From a virus (lineage: Duplodnaviria > Caudoviricetes), in the IMG/VR virus record IMGVR_UViG_3300044716_000122, positions 1 to 64,000 of that record: a DNA stretch of 64,000 nt; one strand, given 5' to 3'. The translations under genes were made by a program, and so were the position numbers. This document shows positions 1-9,065 of the stretch, one piece after another. Positions within the stretch are counted from its first letter, which is position 1, and every line of letters begins with the position of its first letter. Under the pieces are notes generated by a model. It searched no databases, was not told where the DNA came from, and saw only the letters and a list, made by a program, of their open reading frames with translations.

Positions 1-1
1 T

Positions 2-115
2 ACAGACCCTAAAGAATGGGAGATGAAGTATCAACCGTACGAAGAAGCAGAACTTGATTGCCTTAAAAAATTAATTGAGATAGTAAAAACACACGAAGGA
101 GGTAACAATGGCTAA
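2..115 (+). CDS. partial hypothetical phage protein (3' end)
   Basis: Frame open from the window edge, ...YEEAELDCLKKLIEIVKTHEGGNNG*, stop TAA at 113-115 overlaps the next ATG (108). Confidence 0.6.
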   Translation, partial: TDPKEWEMKYQPYEEAELDCLKKLIEIVKTHEGGNNG

Positions 116-434
116 AGAATCTATATCCTCCTTTATTGAAAAGTTACTTAGTGAAGCATCTCCTGAACAAATGGAAGCTACAAGCAAACAAATGGAGCCT
201 CTAGGTCCAAAAGCAGAAGCTCATGACTTAGTTCTATCTTTTTATTACAGCCTTCCTAATAACGGAAGTTTAAATCATGGTATTAATAGCTGTGACTCTC
301 GTTATAAGGAAGGTGTTGTATGTGCTGGAATAGCTACTAAGCGAATTATCTTAGCCCTAGAAGCCCACAGTTGGCAAAACAGAAATGAAATAGCACACTA
401 TAAGGAAATTTTAAAAGAAATAGAACTACTATGA
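108..434 (+). CDS. hypothetical protein
   Basis: 108-aa ORF tightly packed with neighbours (ATGA overlap with the next gene). Confidence 0.7.
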   Translation: MAKESISSFIEKLLSEASPEQMEATSKQMEPLGPKAEAHDLVLSFYYSLPNNGSLNHGINSCDSRYKEGVVCAGIATKRIILALEAHSWQNRNEIAHYKEILKEIELL

Positions 435-784
435 GTAAAATAAAACAAACTAAAATACCAATGATCCTAACTGAGGATGGTATATTTAAAATTGCTGTTG
501 AGCAAGGAGTAATTGAAAACGAATTTAACTGGAAGTTAGTTAGAGAACGTGATGGCTTAGTTAACCAGTCTAAAGAAATTCTTTGGTTAGAGTTTGATGA
601 GAAAGGTAAGTTTAAAGAGAAACATGATGAGCCTGCTATAGGACGTTCATTACTTATGTCTCCTTTTAATGCTTACTTTACTTGGCAGACAACAGATATT
701 ACAGAAATAATTGAATCATCAGAGGATAGTTCGTATCTTAAATTCAATACAAGAAACAGTGTATACGAATTATTTAAACTATGA
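431..784 (+). CDS. hypothetical phage protein
   Basis: 117-aa ORF with ATGA coupling at both ends. Confidence 0.75.
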   Translation: MSKIKQTKIPMILTEDGIFKIAVEQGVIENEFNWKLVRERDGLVNQSKEILWLEFDEKGKFKEKHDEPAIGRSLLMSPFNAYFTWQTTDITEIIESSEDSSYLKFNTRNSVYELFKL

Positions 785-957
785 AAACACTATCACTATT
801 TATTTTTAAACTAACTTTATTAGTCTGTTTGTTTTTCCTAGGATTTATAGGGCTTATAGTCAACATAGGCTACCTATTTGTAGAACTATTTGATAGTTGG
901 ATTAATTCTATTTGTGGTAAAATAGAAGATAAACTTGACAAATTAAGAGTACTTTAG
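781..957 (+). CDS. small membrane protein (not in ORF track)
   Basis: ATG at 781 overlaps the upstream TGA; MKTLSLFIFKLTLLVCLFFLGFIGLIVNIGYLFVELF...LRVL*, 58 aa with a long hydrophobic N-terminal half; fills the gap up to the gene at 964. Confidence 0.65.
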   Translation: MKTLSLFIFKLTLLVCLFFLGFIGLIVNIGYLFVELFDSWINSICGKIEDKLDKLRVL

Positions 958-963
958 ATTATT

Positions 964-1185
964 ATGACAATAGAAACAGAATTAAAACTAGATTTACAAG
1001 GTTATACTCCTAAACAGTATGCTGCTCTTATTCTAAAAGATGACTTTGGCTACAGCCATGAGAAAGCAGGAATACAACTAGGTATTAGCCGTTATGCATT
1101 TGCCATACTCTATAAAAGAGCTAAAACTAAACCAGACACACGTTATGCTTACAGAAATATCTTACTACTGCGAAAAGCGACCTGA
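964..1185 (+). CDS. small HTH protein (sigma-70 region 4-like)
   Basis: TPKQYAALIL..FGYSHEKAGIQLGISRYA..ILYKRAK matches the sigma r4/LuxR-type HTH pattern. Confidence 0.55.
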   Translation: MTIETELKLDLQGYTPKQYAALILKDDFGYSHEKAGIQLGISRYAFAILYKRAKTKPDTRYAYRNILLLRKAT

Positions 1186-1627
1186 GTTTTTTGACTTTAT
1201 CTCAAACCACTTTAAAGTTGTATTTACAGAGAAATCCTTTAATGATTCCAACTTATCCGTGCATGCTATCCAAGATGGATATGATATAGCAGCTGTATTG
1301 TTAATGAAGAAGAAAAAAGTAGGATACCGTATTACCTTTATTCACGTAGCAGAGAAGTATCAAAGACAAAGAATAGGTAAGTTTCTTTTATCTTTAGCTC
1401 ATGAACATGCTTTAAGGGAAAATAAGAGCCCTGTCAATATAATCACTAGAGTTAAAGCAAATAACTTAACTTCGTTAAACTTCTTTATTAATGCAGGATA
1501 CACTTTTAAAACTTTTGAGTGTAGACATGAAACAATTGAGATTAACGGAGAGATTACAACAACAATTAAACCAGCTTATATATTAACTTATGACTTCAGA
1601 AACGAGATTATTGTTAAACAGGATTAA
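1145..1627 (+). CDS. GNAT family acetyltransferase
   Basis: Acetyl-CoA motif A IHVAEKYQRQRIGKFLL and motif B VKANNLTSLNFFINAGY; ATG 1145 preferred over the track start at 1094. Confidence 0.8.
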   Translation: MLTEISYYCEKRPEFFDFISNHFKVVFTEKSFNDSNLSVHAIQDGYDIAAVLLMKKKKVGYRITFIHVAEKYQRQRIGKFLLSLAHEHALRENKSPVNIITRVKANNLTSLNFFINAGYTFKTFECRHETIEINGEITTTIKPAYILTYDFRNEIIVKQD

Positions 1628-1991
1628 AACTCCTGATGGTACTATCTTGACTTCTTATAATAGACATGACTACCTAACCCATAAAGATGCTATAACCAAA
1701 GAGGTTCTTATGGTAGACGGAGGTAATGACTATATAAGAAGGCATGTAGGCACTTACGAAGAGCTAAGCGTCTATGACGATGGCTCACACTTAACTAGAA
1801 GGTCAGCTTTACATTGGGGTACTAGAGGTAAGGATAATAAACAACCCTTAACCTATAAACCAATCAAAGACCTAGATTCAGATCATATAGAAGCTATTCT
1901 AAGAACACAAACCCAGATTTCTGAGTTTTATAAACAAGTGTTTAAAGAAGAGTTGAAATATAGATTTGACGAAAAAGCAGAAAAGCTTTAA
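1590..1991 (+). CDS. conserved phage hypothetical protein
   Basis: 133 aa with S-x-x-RHDY and VDGG-x-DY-x-RR motifs that I recall from a common phage family. Confidence 0.7.
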   Translation: MTSETRLLLNRIKTPDGTILTSYNRHDYLTHKDAITKEVLMVDGGNDYIRRHVGTYEELSVYDDGSHLTRRSALHWGTRGKDNKQPLTYKPIKDLDSDHIEAILRTQTQISEFYKQVFKEELKYRFDEKAEKL

Positions 1992-1996
1992 CTTTG
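1989..1996 (+). promoter_or_regulatory. putative Bacteroidota -7 promoter element (TAACTTTG)
   Basis: Matches TAnnTTTG, 4 nt upstream of ATG 2001. Confidence 0.4.
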
Positions 1997-2000
1997 AGAT

Positions 2001-2222
2001 ATGTCACCAGAAACTCAAGCCCTCGCCCTAGAGATTGAAATCAAAAGTTTAGGATTTCAAGTAGACAGAACAATGTACAGAAAGATTGCTAATCTTATGA
2101 TAGACAAGATCATACTAGAGTACGAAGATATGTCTAAGTACTTTGATGGAAATAACAAGTCTATTAACAATGCTGTGTTATACTGGAAACAAGTTAAACA
2201 ACACACTAACGATGAGGTGTAA
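2001..2222 (+). CDS. hypothetical protein
   Basis: 73-aa ORF with a YWKQVKQ C-terminal motif typical of small phage proteins. Confidence 0.65.
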   Translation: MSPETQALALEIEIKSLGFQVDRTMYRKIANLMIDKIILEYEDMSKYFDGNNKSINNAVLYWKQVKQHTNDEV

Positions 2223-2262
2223 ACTTAGACTGATTAGATTTAAAATAAACAACACTAACTGT

Positions 2263-2376
2263 ATGAGTAGCACTCAGTTCCTCGCCTACTCTCTTCTCTC
2301 TATTTCCCTTTTGTCCATAGTAATAGCAATGTTTGCTAATCTATGGAGTATCTTTGTGGAATGGAGTACACACTAA
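2263..2376 (+). CDS. small single-TM peptide
   Basis: 3' part of track ORF 2143..2376; ATG 2263 follows an A-rich leader; MSSTQFLAYSLLSISLLSIVIAMFANLWSIF is hydrophobic. Confidence 0.4.
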   Translation: MSSTQFLAYSLLSISLLSIVIAMFANLWSIFVEWSTH

Positions 2377-2558
2377 GTGAAGAAGGTACAGTCATTGAAT
2401 TTCATCTGATTGTTAAGACAATGCACAAAAACGAAGATTACAAGTTTTACTCGGAAAAAGAACGAGATAAAGCACACAAGAAAGCCCTAGGAGAAAAGAA
2501 TTTATTACTCGTTCATTGTTACAAACACGACAGCGAAGAAATACCAGAAAACATTTAA
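2343..2558 (+). CDS. hypothetical protein
   Basis: 71-aa ORF; ATG 2361 is a possible start, directly after TATCTTTG at 2349-2356. Confidence 0.6.
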   Translation: MEYLCGMEYTLSEEGTVIEFHLIVKTMHKNEDYKFYSEKERDKAHKKALGEKNLLLVHCYKHDSEEIPENI

Positions 2559-2578
2559 ATTAAACTTAACTACACAAT

Positions 2579-2603
2579 AAAGCACCTCTAGGGGTGCTTT
2601 TTT
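2579..2603 (+). terminator. rho-independent terminator
   Basis: AAAGCACCTC-TAG-GGGTGCTTT stem followed by a T run. Confidence 0.8.
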
Positions 2604-2637
2604 CATTTAAACTAAACTAAACTAACCTAAACAAAAT

Positions 2638-4680
2638 ATGCCAAACCAACAAATTATTGATGATCCATTCTCTTCGGAGTTTATGGAAACTGCAAACAAA
2701 GAAATGCAAACTATTCATGTATCTGCTGCTTCTATACCTAGAAGGAGAGTAAAGCAGGATAAGTTTGTTCTACACGCTGACTTAAAGAAAAGATTAATTA
2801 AACTTATTAGTACTAATGTACCTGAGCAAGTAAAAGAAATTGCTCAGCAAATTATAGATTTAACGCACGTACCTACTTTAAACAAGTATTGTAACTATCT
2901 AGGGTTATCTCAAGCTGACTATACTAAAATTTCTTATTTAGATGAAGATCGTAAGAATCGTTTAGATGGTCAAGTGGGTATTCAACACATTATTAAGCCT
3001 GGAACAGAAGCTGTATTTCACTACAGAAGAAATTACGTAAGTCATGAACCTGATCATGGTCACTATGATTGTAAACTAGTTTTAACTGCTAGACACCTAG
3101 GAGGAGATGTTTTTCCTATTAAGGGATTTTTACCTGAAAACAAAGAATTTACAGTAACTTCTTATCTATGGGAAAATGGCCAAAGAACACAGAATGAACA
3201 TGTTTTTAACTTTGAATTTAAAAATACCTTCTTGGAAAAAGATTCAAGGCCTCTAAGGATTAGAAACTCTAGGTTAGTGTCTAGTGCATCTTTTCATGTA
3301 GATCAATCAGGATACGAAGGTACTGGAGGATATAATCTATTAGGCGTAAGTTTTAATAAAACTGAAACTAAAGTTAAAGAAGTATGGAACTACAAACAAA
3401 GATACCACACTTCAGTAGGTAAGATTGTTCGTAGGTTATTTGGAGATACTTATAGCGATAGAGATATTACTGCTTTTGCAGAAGCCTATGCTAGTCTAAT
3501 TACTGTAAGCAATCCTTTGTATGATTTTGCTATTATTGACGGAGATGCTATCAAAGATGCCTATCACTTTGAGAACTATGCAGCTACATCAGGTACTCTA
3601 GGAAGCTCTTGTATGCGTCACAGATCATGTCAAAACTACTTTGACATCTATACTAAGTTTCCAGACAAAGTAAAGATGGCTGTGCTTAAAAGAGGTAGTA
3701 AGATTGCTGCTCGTTCTATCATGTGGAACATTGAAGGTAAGTTTATGTTTGACCGTATTTACTATACAACAAACGAAACACAAAACTTACTCAGGAACAC
3801 ATTAGAAGCTGCAGGATACTCTACTCTTTTCTCTGTAGGAGGAAACTACTCTATGGAGATAGATTTAGAAGGAATAACTAAGTTCCCTTATCTAGATACT
3901 TTATGTAGCTATGACCTAGCTAGAAAAATACTTACCAATGGTTGTATAGAAGGTCCTCGTTATGAGTTTAGAAACACTGGAGGTGATTACTATCAATATA
4001 ATAGTTATAATGTAGATGAAGATGAAGACAGTGACTATACCTGTAGTTGCTGTGATAATACTGTACATTATGATGATACTATTTACATTGATAGAGGTCA
4101 ATATCGTGATCTAAGAGTATGTGAAGATTGTGCTATTTATTCAGAGTCAACTGGAGAATATCATACCACTCAAGATGACACAGTTAGCACTTATCAAGAT
4201 GATTCTATTTTAACAGATGAAGGTATTAGACTAGTTGATAATACATGGGCACACCAAGATGATCCTGAACTTAGGCAATTTGAGAATGACTTTGGTTATT
4301 TTATCTTAGATCAACATGACTATCTAACTGATGGCAATGTATATTATCACCCAAATGATGAGAATAAGCCAGAAGATCTCTATGATAGCGAAGAAGTAGA
4401 AAGAAGAAACAAAGAAAGATTGTCTCAGATTATGGCAAATAACTCTCTATCAGGTACTCTTACTACTAATTCTACTAATTCTACTATTAACATCCATAGT
4501 AGTAGTAATGTTGGTATTGGAAATTTAGGTATTGGAACCTATCTACTAAATACAAATACTATTACTAGTACTACTAATTACTCGAATTTTTCTTTTGTAA
4601 ACGAAAATCAACCTGAATCAGAAGAAATAATAGAAGTAGAAGCGATGGTAGAAGACAATAATGAAGAACACTTAATTTAA
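2638..4680 (+). CDS. conserved phage protein with GTLGSSCMR domain, Cys-rich zinc-ribbon-like region and low-complexity tail
   Basis: 680 aa; motifs GSSCMR, ARSIMW, FDRIYY, FPYLDT; CSCC and CEDC; N/T/S-rich then acidic C-terminus. Confidence 0.75.
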   Translation: MPNQQIIDDPFSSEFMETANKEMQTIHVSAASIPRRRVKQDKFVLHADLKKRLIKLISTNVPEQVKEIAQQIIDLTHVPTLNKYCNYLGLSQADYTKISYLDEDRKNRLDGQVGIQHIIKPGTEAVFHYRRNYVSHEPDHGHYDCKLVLTARHLGGDVFPIKGFLPENKEFTVTSYLWENGQRTQNEHVFNFEFKNTFLEKDSRPLRIRNSRLVSSASFHVDQSGYEGTGGYNLLGVSFNKTETKVKEVWNYKQRYHTSVGKIVRRLFGDTYSDRDITAFAEAYASLITVSNPLYDFAIIDGDAIKDAYHFENYAATSGTLGSSCMRHRSCQNYFDIYTKFPDKVKMAVLKRGSKIAARSIMWNIEGKFMFDRIYYTTNETQNLLRNTLEAAGYSTLFSVGGNYSMEIDLEGITKFPYLDTLCSYDLARKILTNGCIEGPRYEFRNTGGDYYQYNSYNVDEDEDSDYTCSCCDNTVHYDDTIYIDRGQYRDLRVCEDCAIYSESTGEYHTTQDDTVSTYQDDSILTDEGIRLVDNTWAHQDDPELRQFENDFGYFILDQHDYLTDGNVYYHPNDENKPEDLYDSEEVERRNKERLSQIMANNSLSGTLTTNSTNSTINIHSSSNVGIGNLGIGTYLLNTNTITSTTNYSNFSFVNENQPESEEIIEVEAMVEDNNEEHLI

Positions 4681-4691
4681 AAAAACAAAAA

Positions 4692-6113
4692 ATGACTTAT
4701 AAATATAAAAGCAAAGAACTAGGTGAACTAGATGATACATTAAAAGGAAATTTCCCTGTAGACTTTGATCTACTGTTTGATATTATGTATCAACAAAGCC
4801 CCACCTACCAGCCAGAGATGGAGAAACTTAAAAAGAATTGGCTTATAAGTCTTATTTCTCAGATAGACGGAGTAACAGTAGAAGAGAAAGGCGGTAATAT
4901 CTATTGCACAAAAGGAGAAGCCGAGTATTATCCTACTGTAGTAGCTCACTATGACACAGCTCAAGACTACCATGTAGGCATGCGTATCTTTAAGACAGAT
5001 AAGTGGATTTTCGGCTTTGATGACTTCAGAGGCGAACAATGTGGCTTAGGTCTCGATGACTCTGTAGGTGTATGCTTTGCTATTCAGATGCTTAAGATGA
5101 TGCCTGTATGTAAGGTATTTTTGCCTTATGGTGAGGAAAGAGGTCTAGTAGGTACTAACTGTTGTGATATGTCTTTCTTTGACAACTCTCTAGTAGTTAC
5201 TCAGCTAGATCGTAGATCTTATACAACAGACTTCATCCAGTATACTAACGGGTATCAAGTGTGGAATCCTGAACATCTTACCCTTATTGAACCTTTGATG
5301 AACAAATATGGATACAAGCCTGCTTCAGGTACAGCTACTGACGTAGGTGGACTTCGTAGAAGGGGACTTAAAGTTTCTTCTCACAACTTATCTTGTGGTT
5401 ACTTTAACGAGCATGGAGATACTGAGGTAGCTAGTGTTAATCTAATGATCAACGCTTTTAGCTTTGCTTATGAGATGCTTACAATGTTGGCTGAAAGAAA
5501 CATTCCACTCGAATTTCCTCTTCCTTCTTTTGACCTTCCTAAGCATTCTGGTAAAAAGTCACATAGTAGTGAGTCTCATCTAGGCTTAGGTGCTAAGCAA
5601 ATTAGCATGTGGGACAGCTATGATGACTATTACTATGATCAGGTTAAGGGAGACTTTGTAAAAACAGAAGATAAAACAAAAGATCCCTTCTATTGGGAAG
5701 ATGATGGGAAGACCTCTAAAGACGTTAAATCTGTTGAAGATGACATGGATGACCTTGCAGCCTATGAAATGTACAATGAATGGGTTATGAGTGTTTATCC
5801 TGAGATGTCTTTACCTGCACATAGGAAAGAACTTACTCACCTCTCTCAGTACTACTGTGCAGATGGAGTAGACTTTAAAGTAAAAGACCTATCCTCTACA
5901 ACAGTAGATGAATCTCTTATGGATGAAGGTATATGTCCTATTTGTTTAGGACATGCTATACAAATCACGAATGACTTGTTACTTGAGACTGTTTGTACAG
6001 ATTGTGAAAGTGTTTTTAACATACCCAAAGACGTATTAGAGGCATATGAGTATGACTTTCATCAAGTGTGGACTGGTAAGAAAGATTTCTTAGAGATTAA
6101 GGGGTTAGCTTAG
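4692..6113 (+). CDS. M28/M20-family Zn-dependent peptidase with C-terminal zinc ribbon
   Basis: Metal-ligand motifs AHYDT, GLDDSVG, GEERG, QLDR, TDV, YFNEH; C-terminal CPIC...CTDC. Confidence 0.8.
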   Translation: MTYKYKSKELGELDDTLKGNFPVDFDLLFDIMYQQSPTYQPEMEKLKKNWLISLISQIDGVTVEEKGGNIYCTKGEAEYYPTVVAHYDTAQDYHVGMRIFKTDKWIFGFDDFRGEQCGLGLDDSVGVCFAIQMLKMMPVCKVFLPYGEERGLVGTNCCDMSFFDNSLVVTQLDRRSYTTDFIQYTNGYQVWNPEHLTLIEPLMNKYGYKPASGTATDVGGLRRRGLKVSSHNLSCGYFNEHGDTEVASVNLMINAFSFAYEMLTMLAERNIPLEFPLPSFDLPKHSGKKSHSSESHLGLGAKQISMWDSYDDYYYDQVKGDFVKTEDKTKDPFYWEDDGKTSKDVKSVEDDMDDLAAYEMYNEWVMSVYPEMSLPAHRKELTHLSQYYCADGVDFKVKDLSSTTVDESLMDEGICPICLGHAIQITNDLLLETVCTDCESVFNIPKDVLEAYEYDFHQVWTGKKDFLEIKGLA

Positions 6114-6166
6114 TCTACTCCTTAATCGTAAATCTACAATTAAACGATTAAAATCAACTAAATTTT

Positions 6167-6436
6167 ATGGAAAATGAATATTATGGAGATAGTCTGGAAT
6201 CAACCCCAGACTATCTTTTTATGAAAAAAATGTGGATGGAAGACTTGGAAAAAGTTGAAGAATCCGTTATCTTTGTAGACCCGCCTAAGTTTAATAAAGA
6301 GAGATTATTCAAAGGCATAAACGTAATTTTAACCACAACAGAAAATGAAGAAAACATTCTACGAAGTCCTATGGGAACTAGCAGTCAAAGAGAAAATGAT
6401 AGACAAGTGGATTTACGAAGACAAACTTCTGAATAA
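6167..6436 (+). CDS. hypothetical protein
   Basis: 89-aa ORF with an A-rich leader; overlaps the next gene by 92 nt. Confidence 0.45.
   Translation: MENEYYGDSLESTPDYLFMKKMWMEDLEKVEESVIFVDPPKFNKERLFKGINVILTTTENEENILRSPMGTSSQRENDRQVDLRRQTSE
6245..6275 (+). promoter_or_regulatory. Bacteroidota housekeeping-sigma-type promoter for the replication operon
   Basis: TTG at 6245-6247, 20-nt spacer, TATCTTTG at 6268-6275 followed by TA. Confidence 0.55.
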
Positions 6437-6893
6437 TGGAACCACTTTTAGTTGGACACCTAAAGCACTTGAAGAACTTGACATAAGTGAAGTAATATCT
6501 GCACTTAAAGTTGCTAGACATTCTGATCCTATTAAAGTAATTGCAAATCCAACACCACAACCTGAAATACCTATCACATGGGTAACAGAGTTTATCGCTA
6601 AGTTTAGTGCAAAGAACATAGGAGTATCAGGAAAGACTACTGACAAGGTGAGTGTGGTTAAACGATTGATTAAATTCTTAGCAGAGTACGATTACACTCT
6701 AGATGAAATAGCCAAGGCTACTGACCTTTACATAGATACCTTGAAAGGACAAGGATCTATTAGGTATATCAGAGAGTGTGGGTACTTTATCTCTAAGAAG
6801 ATTGATGGAGTAGAGCAAAGCGACTTAGCTAAGTGGTGTGAAGAGTTAAAGAATGGTACTGGACCTGCTTACAATAGCCATCAAATTCTATAA
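6345..6893 (+). CDS. hypothetical protein upstream of DnaB (possible initiator or helicase loader)
   Basis: 182 aa, 2 nt before the helicase; function inferred from position only. Confidence 0.7.
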   Translation: MKKTFYEVLWELAVKEKMIDKWIYEDKLLNNGTTFSWTPKALEELDISEVISALKVARHSDPIKVIANPTPQPEIPITWVTEFIAKFSAKNIGVSGKTTDKVSVVKRLIKFLAEYDYTLDEIAKATDLYIDTLKGQGSIRYIRECGYFISKKIDGVEQSDLAKWCEELKNGTGPAYNSHQIL

Positions 6894-6895
6894 AG

Positions 6896-8002
6896 ATGAA
6901 CTTTGAAAGTATAATTTCCCAAATAGAAAGAAATAAGATAATCAAAGAAGCAGGAGGGATAACATCTATTGCTCCTCCCTTTCCTAGATTAGCTCAGTAT
7001 TATGGAGGATTTACTAAAGGTTCTATTACTTGTATTACTGCTGCATCAGGTGTAGGTAAGTCAAAGTTTGCAAAATACATGACTATCGTAAACATCTACA
7101 AAGCAACAAGAAATACAGAAATTACTCCTAAGATATTTTATTTTGCTTTAGAAGAAAGTGCTACTGACTTTTGGCTATCTTTTATCTCTATTTATTTATA
7201 TCAGAATCACAACATTACTGTTACTGTACAGCAATTAAAATCTATAGGAAACTATAGTGTAAGTTCTGAGTTAATGACTAAGATAAGAGCTGCAGAAACC
7301 TTTATTACTAATTTACAAAACATTGTAGATGTTATAGATTATATAAGGAATCCTACAGGTATAGCTAAGTACGTAAAATCGTACTTCGATAATCCAGATG
7401 TAGGAGAAAACATCTACAAAGACTTAGATGATGGTAGAAGAATTACTACAGGCTACAGATACAGATCTGAAGATCATTGGGTATTCTTTGTACTAGACCA
7501 CATTAGTCTTTTATCTAACGAGATAGCTCCTGACACTAAGATGAAGTTAAGTTCCTATCAGACTTTTGACTTTATGATTAAGGATTATGTATTAGACGTC
7601 TTTTCTAAGCGATACAAGATGGCTAGTATTATTGTCCATCAACAGACTCCTGCATCAGAAAAGCAAACCTACACCTACAAGGGACAGTTAATGGAAGAGA
7701 AGCTAGAACCTTCTATGGAAGAACTCCACATTAACAAAGGTGTACACCAAGACTACGAAGTAGTTCTAGGTTTATTTAGTCCAACAAGATATAACATAGC
7801 AGTTCATAATGGCTATGATGTAGCATTACTCGGTAACAAATACCGTTCTCTTAAATTCCTTAAAGATCGTTACTATGGCTTAGAAAATTCAAGCGTAGGA
7901 CTTTACTTTAATGGAGCTAACGGAAAGTTTGACGAGTTACCAAAGCCTGAAGAGATGAATAATCCTGTAGGTAATTATTATGAAAAGTATTTAAAAATGT
8001 AA
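6896..8002 (+). CDS. dnaB: DnaB-like (SF4) replicative helicase
   Basis: Walker A AASGVGKS, YFALEE, Walker B FFVLDHI, IIVHQQ, LKDRYYG. Confidence 0.85.
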   Translation: MNFESIISQIERNKIIKEAGGITSIAPPFPRLAQYYGGFTKGSITCITAASGVGKSKFAKYMTIVNIYKATRNTEITPKIFYFALEESATDFWLSFISIYLYQNHNITVTVQQLKSIGNYSVSSELMTKIRAAETFITNLQNIVDVIDYIRNPTGIAKYVKSYFDNPDVGENIYKDLDDGRRITTGYRYRSEDHWVFFVLDHISLLSNEIAPDTKMKLSSYQTFDFMIKDYVLDVFSKRYKMASIIVHQQTPASEKQTYTYKGQLMEEKLEPSMEELHINKGVHQDYEVVLGLFSPTRYNIAVHNGYDVALLGNKYRSLKFLKDRYYGLENSSVGLYFNGANGKFDELPKPEEMNNPVGNYYEKYLKM

Positions 8003-8008
8003 AAGCCT

Positions 8009-8329
8009 ATGAATAAAAAAGAAGATTTTAGTCCTGAATTAACCCAAGTACTCACTCATATGTGTAATATGATTGAAGTAAACTACGATGACGTAGATTT
8101 TAATTCCCCTACGTGGTATTGGGACCATACCTGGACAATGGCTAAGGAAGAAGAATTTATAGATTGGCTAGCTAAACTACTTTATGACAACACTAAAGTA
8201 AGAAAAGCAATCTTAAGTTACCCTGCTAAAGATAAAAAGCGTTGTCAAGCAGGAGCAAGATTCTTTGCTTCTATGTACGGATGGAAAATAATAACAGAAG
8301 ATTTAGATAAATTACTAGAGACAAAATAA
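8009..8329 (+). CDS. hypothetical protein
   Basis: 106-aa Trp-rich ORF within the operon. Confidence 0.7.
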   Translation: MNKKEDFSPELTQVLTHMCNMIEVNYDDVDFNSPTWYWDHTWTMAKEEEFIDWLAKLLYDNTKVRKAILSYPAKDKKRCQAGARFFASMYGWKIITEDLDKLLETK

Positions 8330-8347
8330 ACAAAACAAACTAACTAT

Positions 8348-9046
8348 ATGTCAAGCAAACTAATCGCTATCGTAGGTCCTTCAGGTACTGGTAAATCCAC
8401 AGCTGTAAGGACTTTAGACCCAAAAGAAACATTTATTATTAATGTAGCAAGGAAAGAATTGCCTTTCAAAGGAGCAGAAAAGCTTTACAATCTTGAATCT
8501 AAGAATTACATGGAGGTAGATGATATTAATCAAATCACCGCATTGTTACAACAGATCAGCGAGAAAGCTCCTCACATCAAAAACATCATCATGGATGATG
8601 CTATCTACTCTATGTCTTTTCTTATGATGAGAAAAGCCAATGAGATTGGTTTTGGTAAATTTGTTACTCTTGCAAAAGATGTAACCAATATGCTTACTAG
8701 TGCCCGTAAACTTCGTAATGACCTTAAAGTATTCTACATCACTCACTCAGAGAACATTGAAGATGATGGACATATCGTAGGTCAGAAGATTAAAACAATC
8801 GGTAAAGCACTAGACAACCAAATCGTACTAGAAGGATTGTTTACTATCTGTCTTTATACTCACGTAGGTGAAGATAAAGAAGAGAAAGCAACTTATCAGT
8901 TTGTAACTAATCGTTTTAGAAACTACCCTGCTAAAAGTCCTATGGATATGTTTGCAGAAACTCTTATCCCTAACGACTTACAAGTAGTATGTGATACAAT
9001 AGATCGTTATTATGCAGAAGAAACACCAGTAAAAGATAAAAAATAA
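8348..9046 (+). CDS. AAA_24 / Sak4-like ATPase
   Basis: Walker A GPSGTGKST, Walker B IIMDD, YITH, PAKSPMDMF; followed by an SSB-like gene. Confidence 0.85.
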   Translation: MSSKLIAIVGPSGTGKSTAVRTLDPKETFIINVARKELPFKGAEKLYNLESKNYMEVDDINQITALLQQISEKAPHIKNIIMDDAIYSMSFLMMRKANEIGFGKFVTLAKDVTNMLTSARKLRNDLKVFYITHSENIEDDGHIVGQKIKTIGKALDNQIVLEGLFTICLYTHVGEDKEEKATYQFVTNRFRNYPAKSPMDMFAETLIPNDLQVVCDTIDRYYAEETPVKDKK

Positions 9047-9065
9047 AACAAAACAAAACAAAATT

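Noticed and set aside
4455-4590. Short tandem repeats (tactactaattctactaattctacta) as a possible origin or VNTR
   Set aside because: Explained by an in-frame Asn/Ser/Thr low-complexity protein linker
4692-6113. M28 peptidase as the missing endolysin or the GG-motif maturation protease
   Set aside because: M28/M20 enzymes are typically exopeptidases or amidohydrolases, and the gene is in the early/middle arm, far from the lysis and cargo genes
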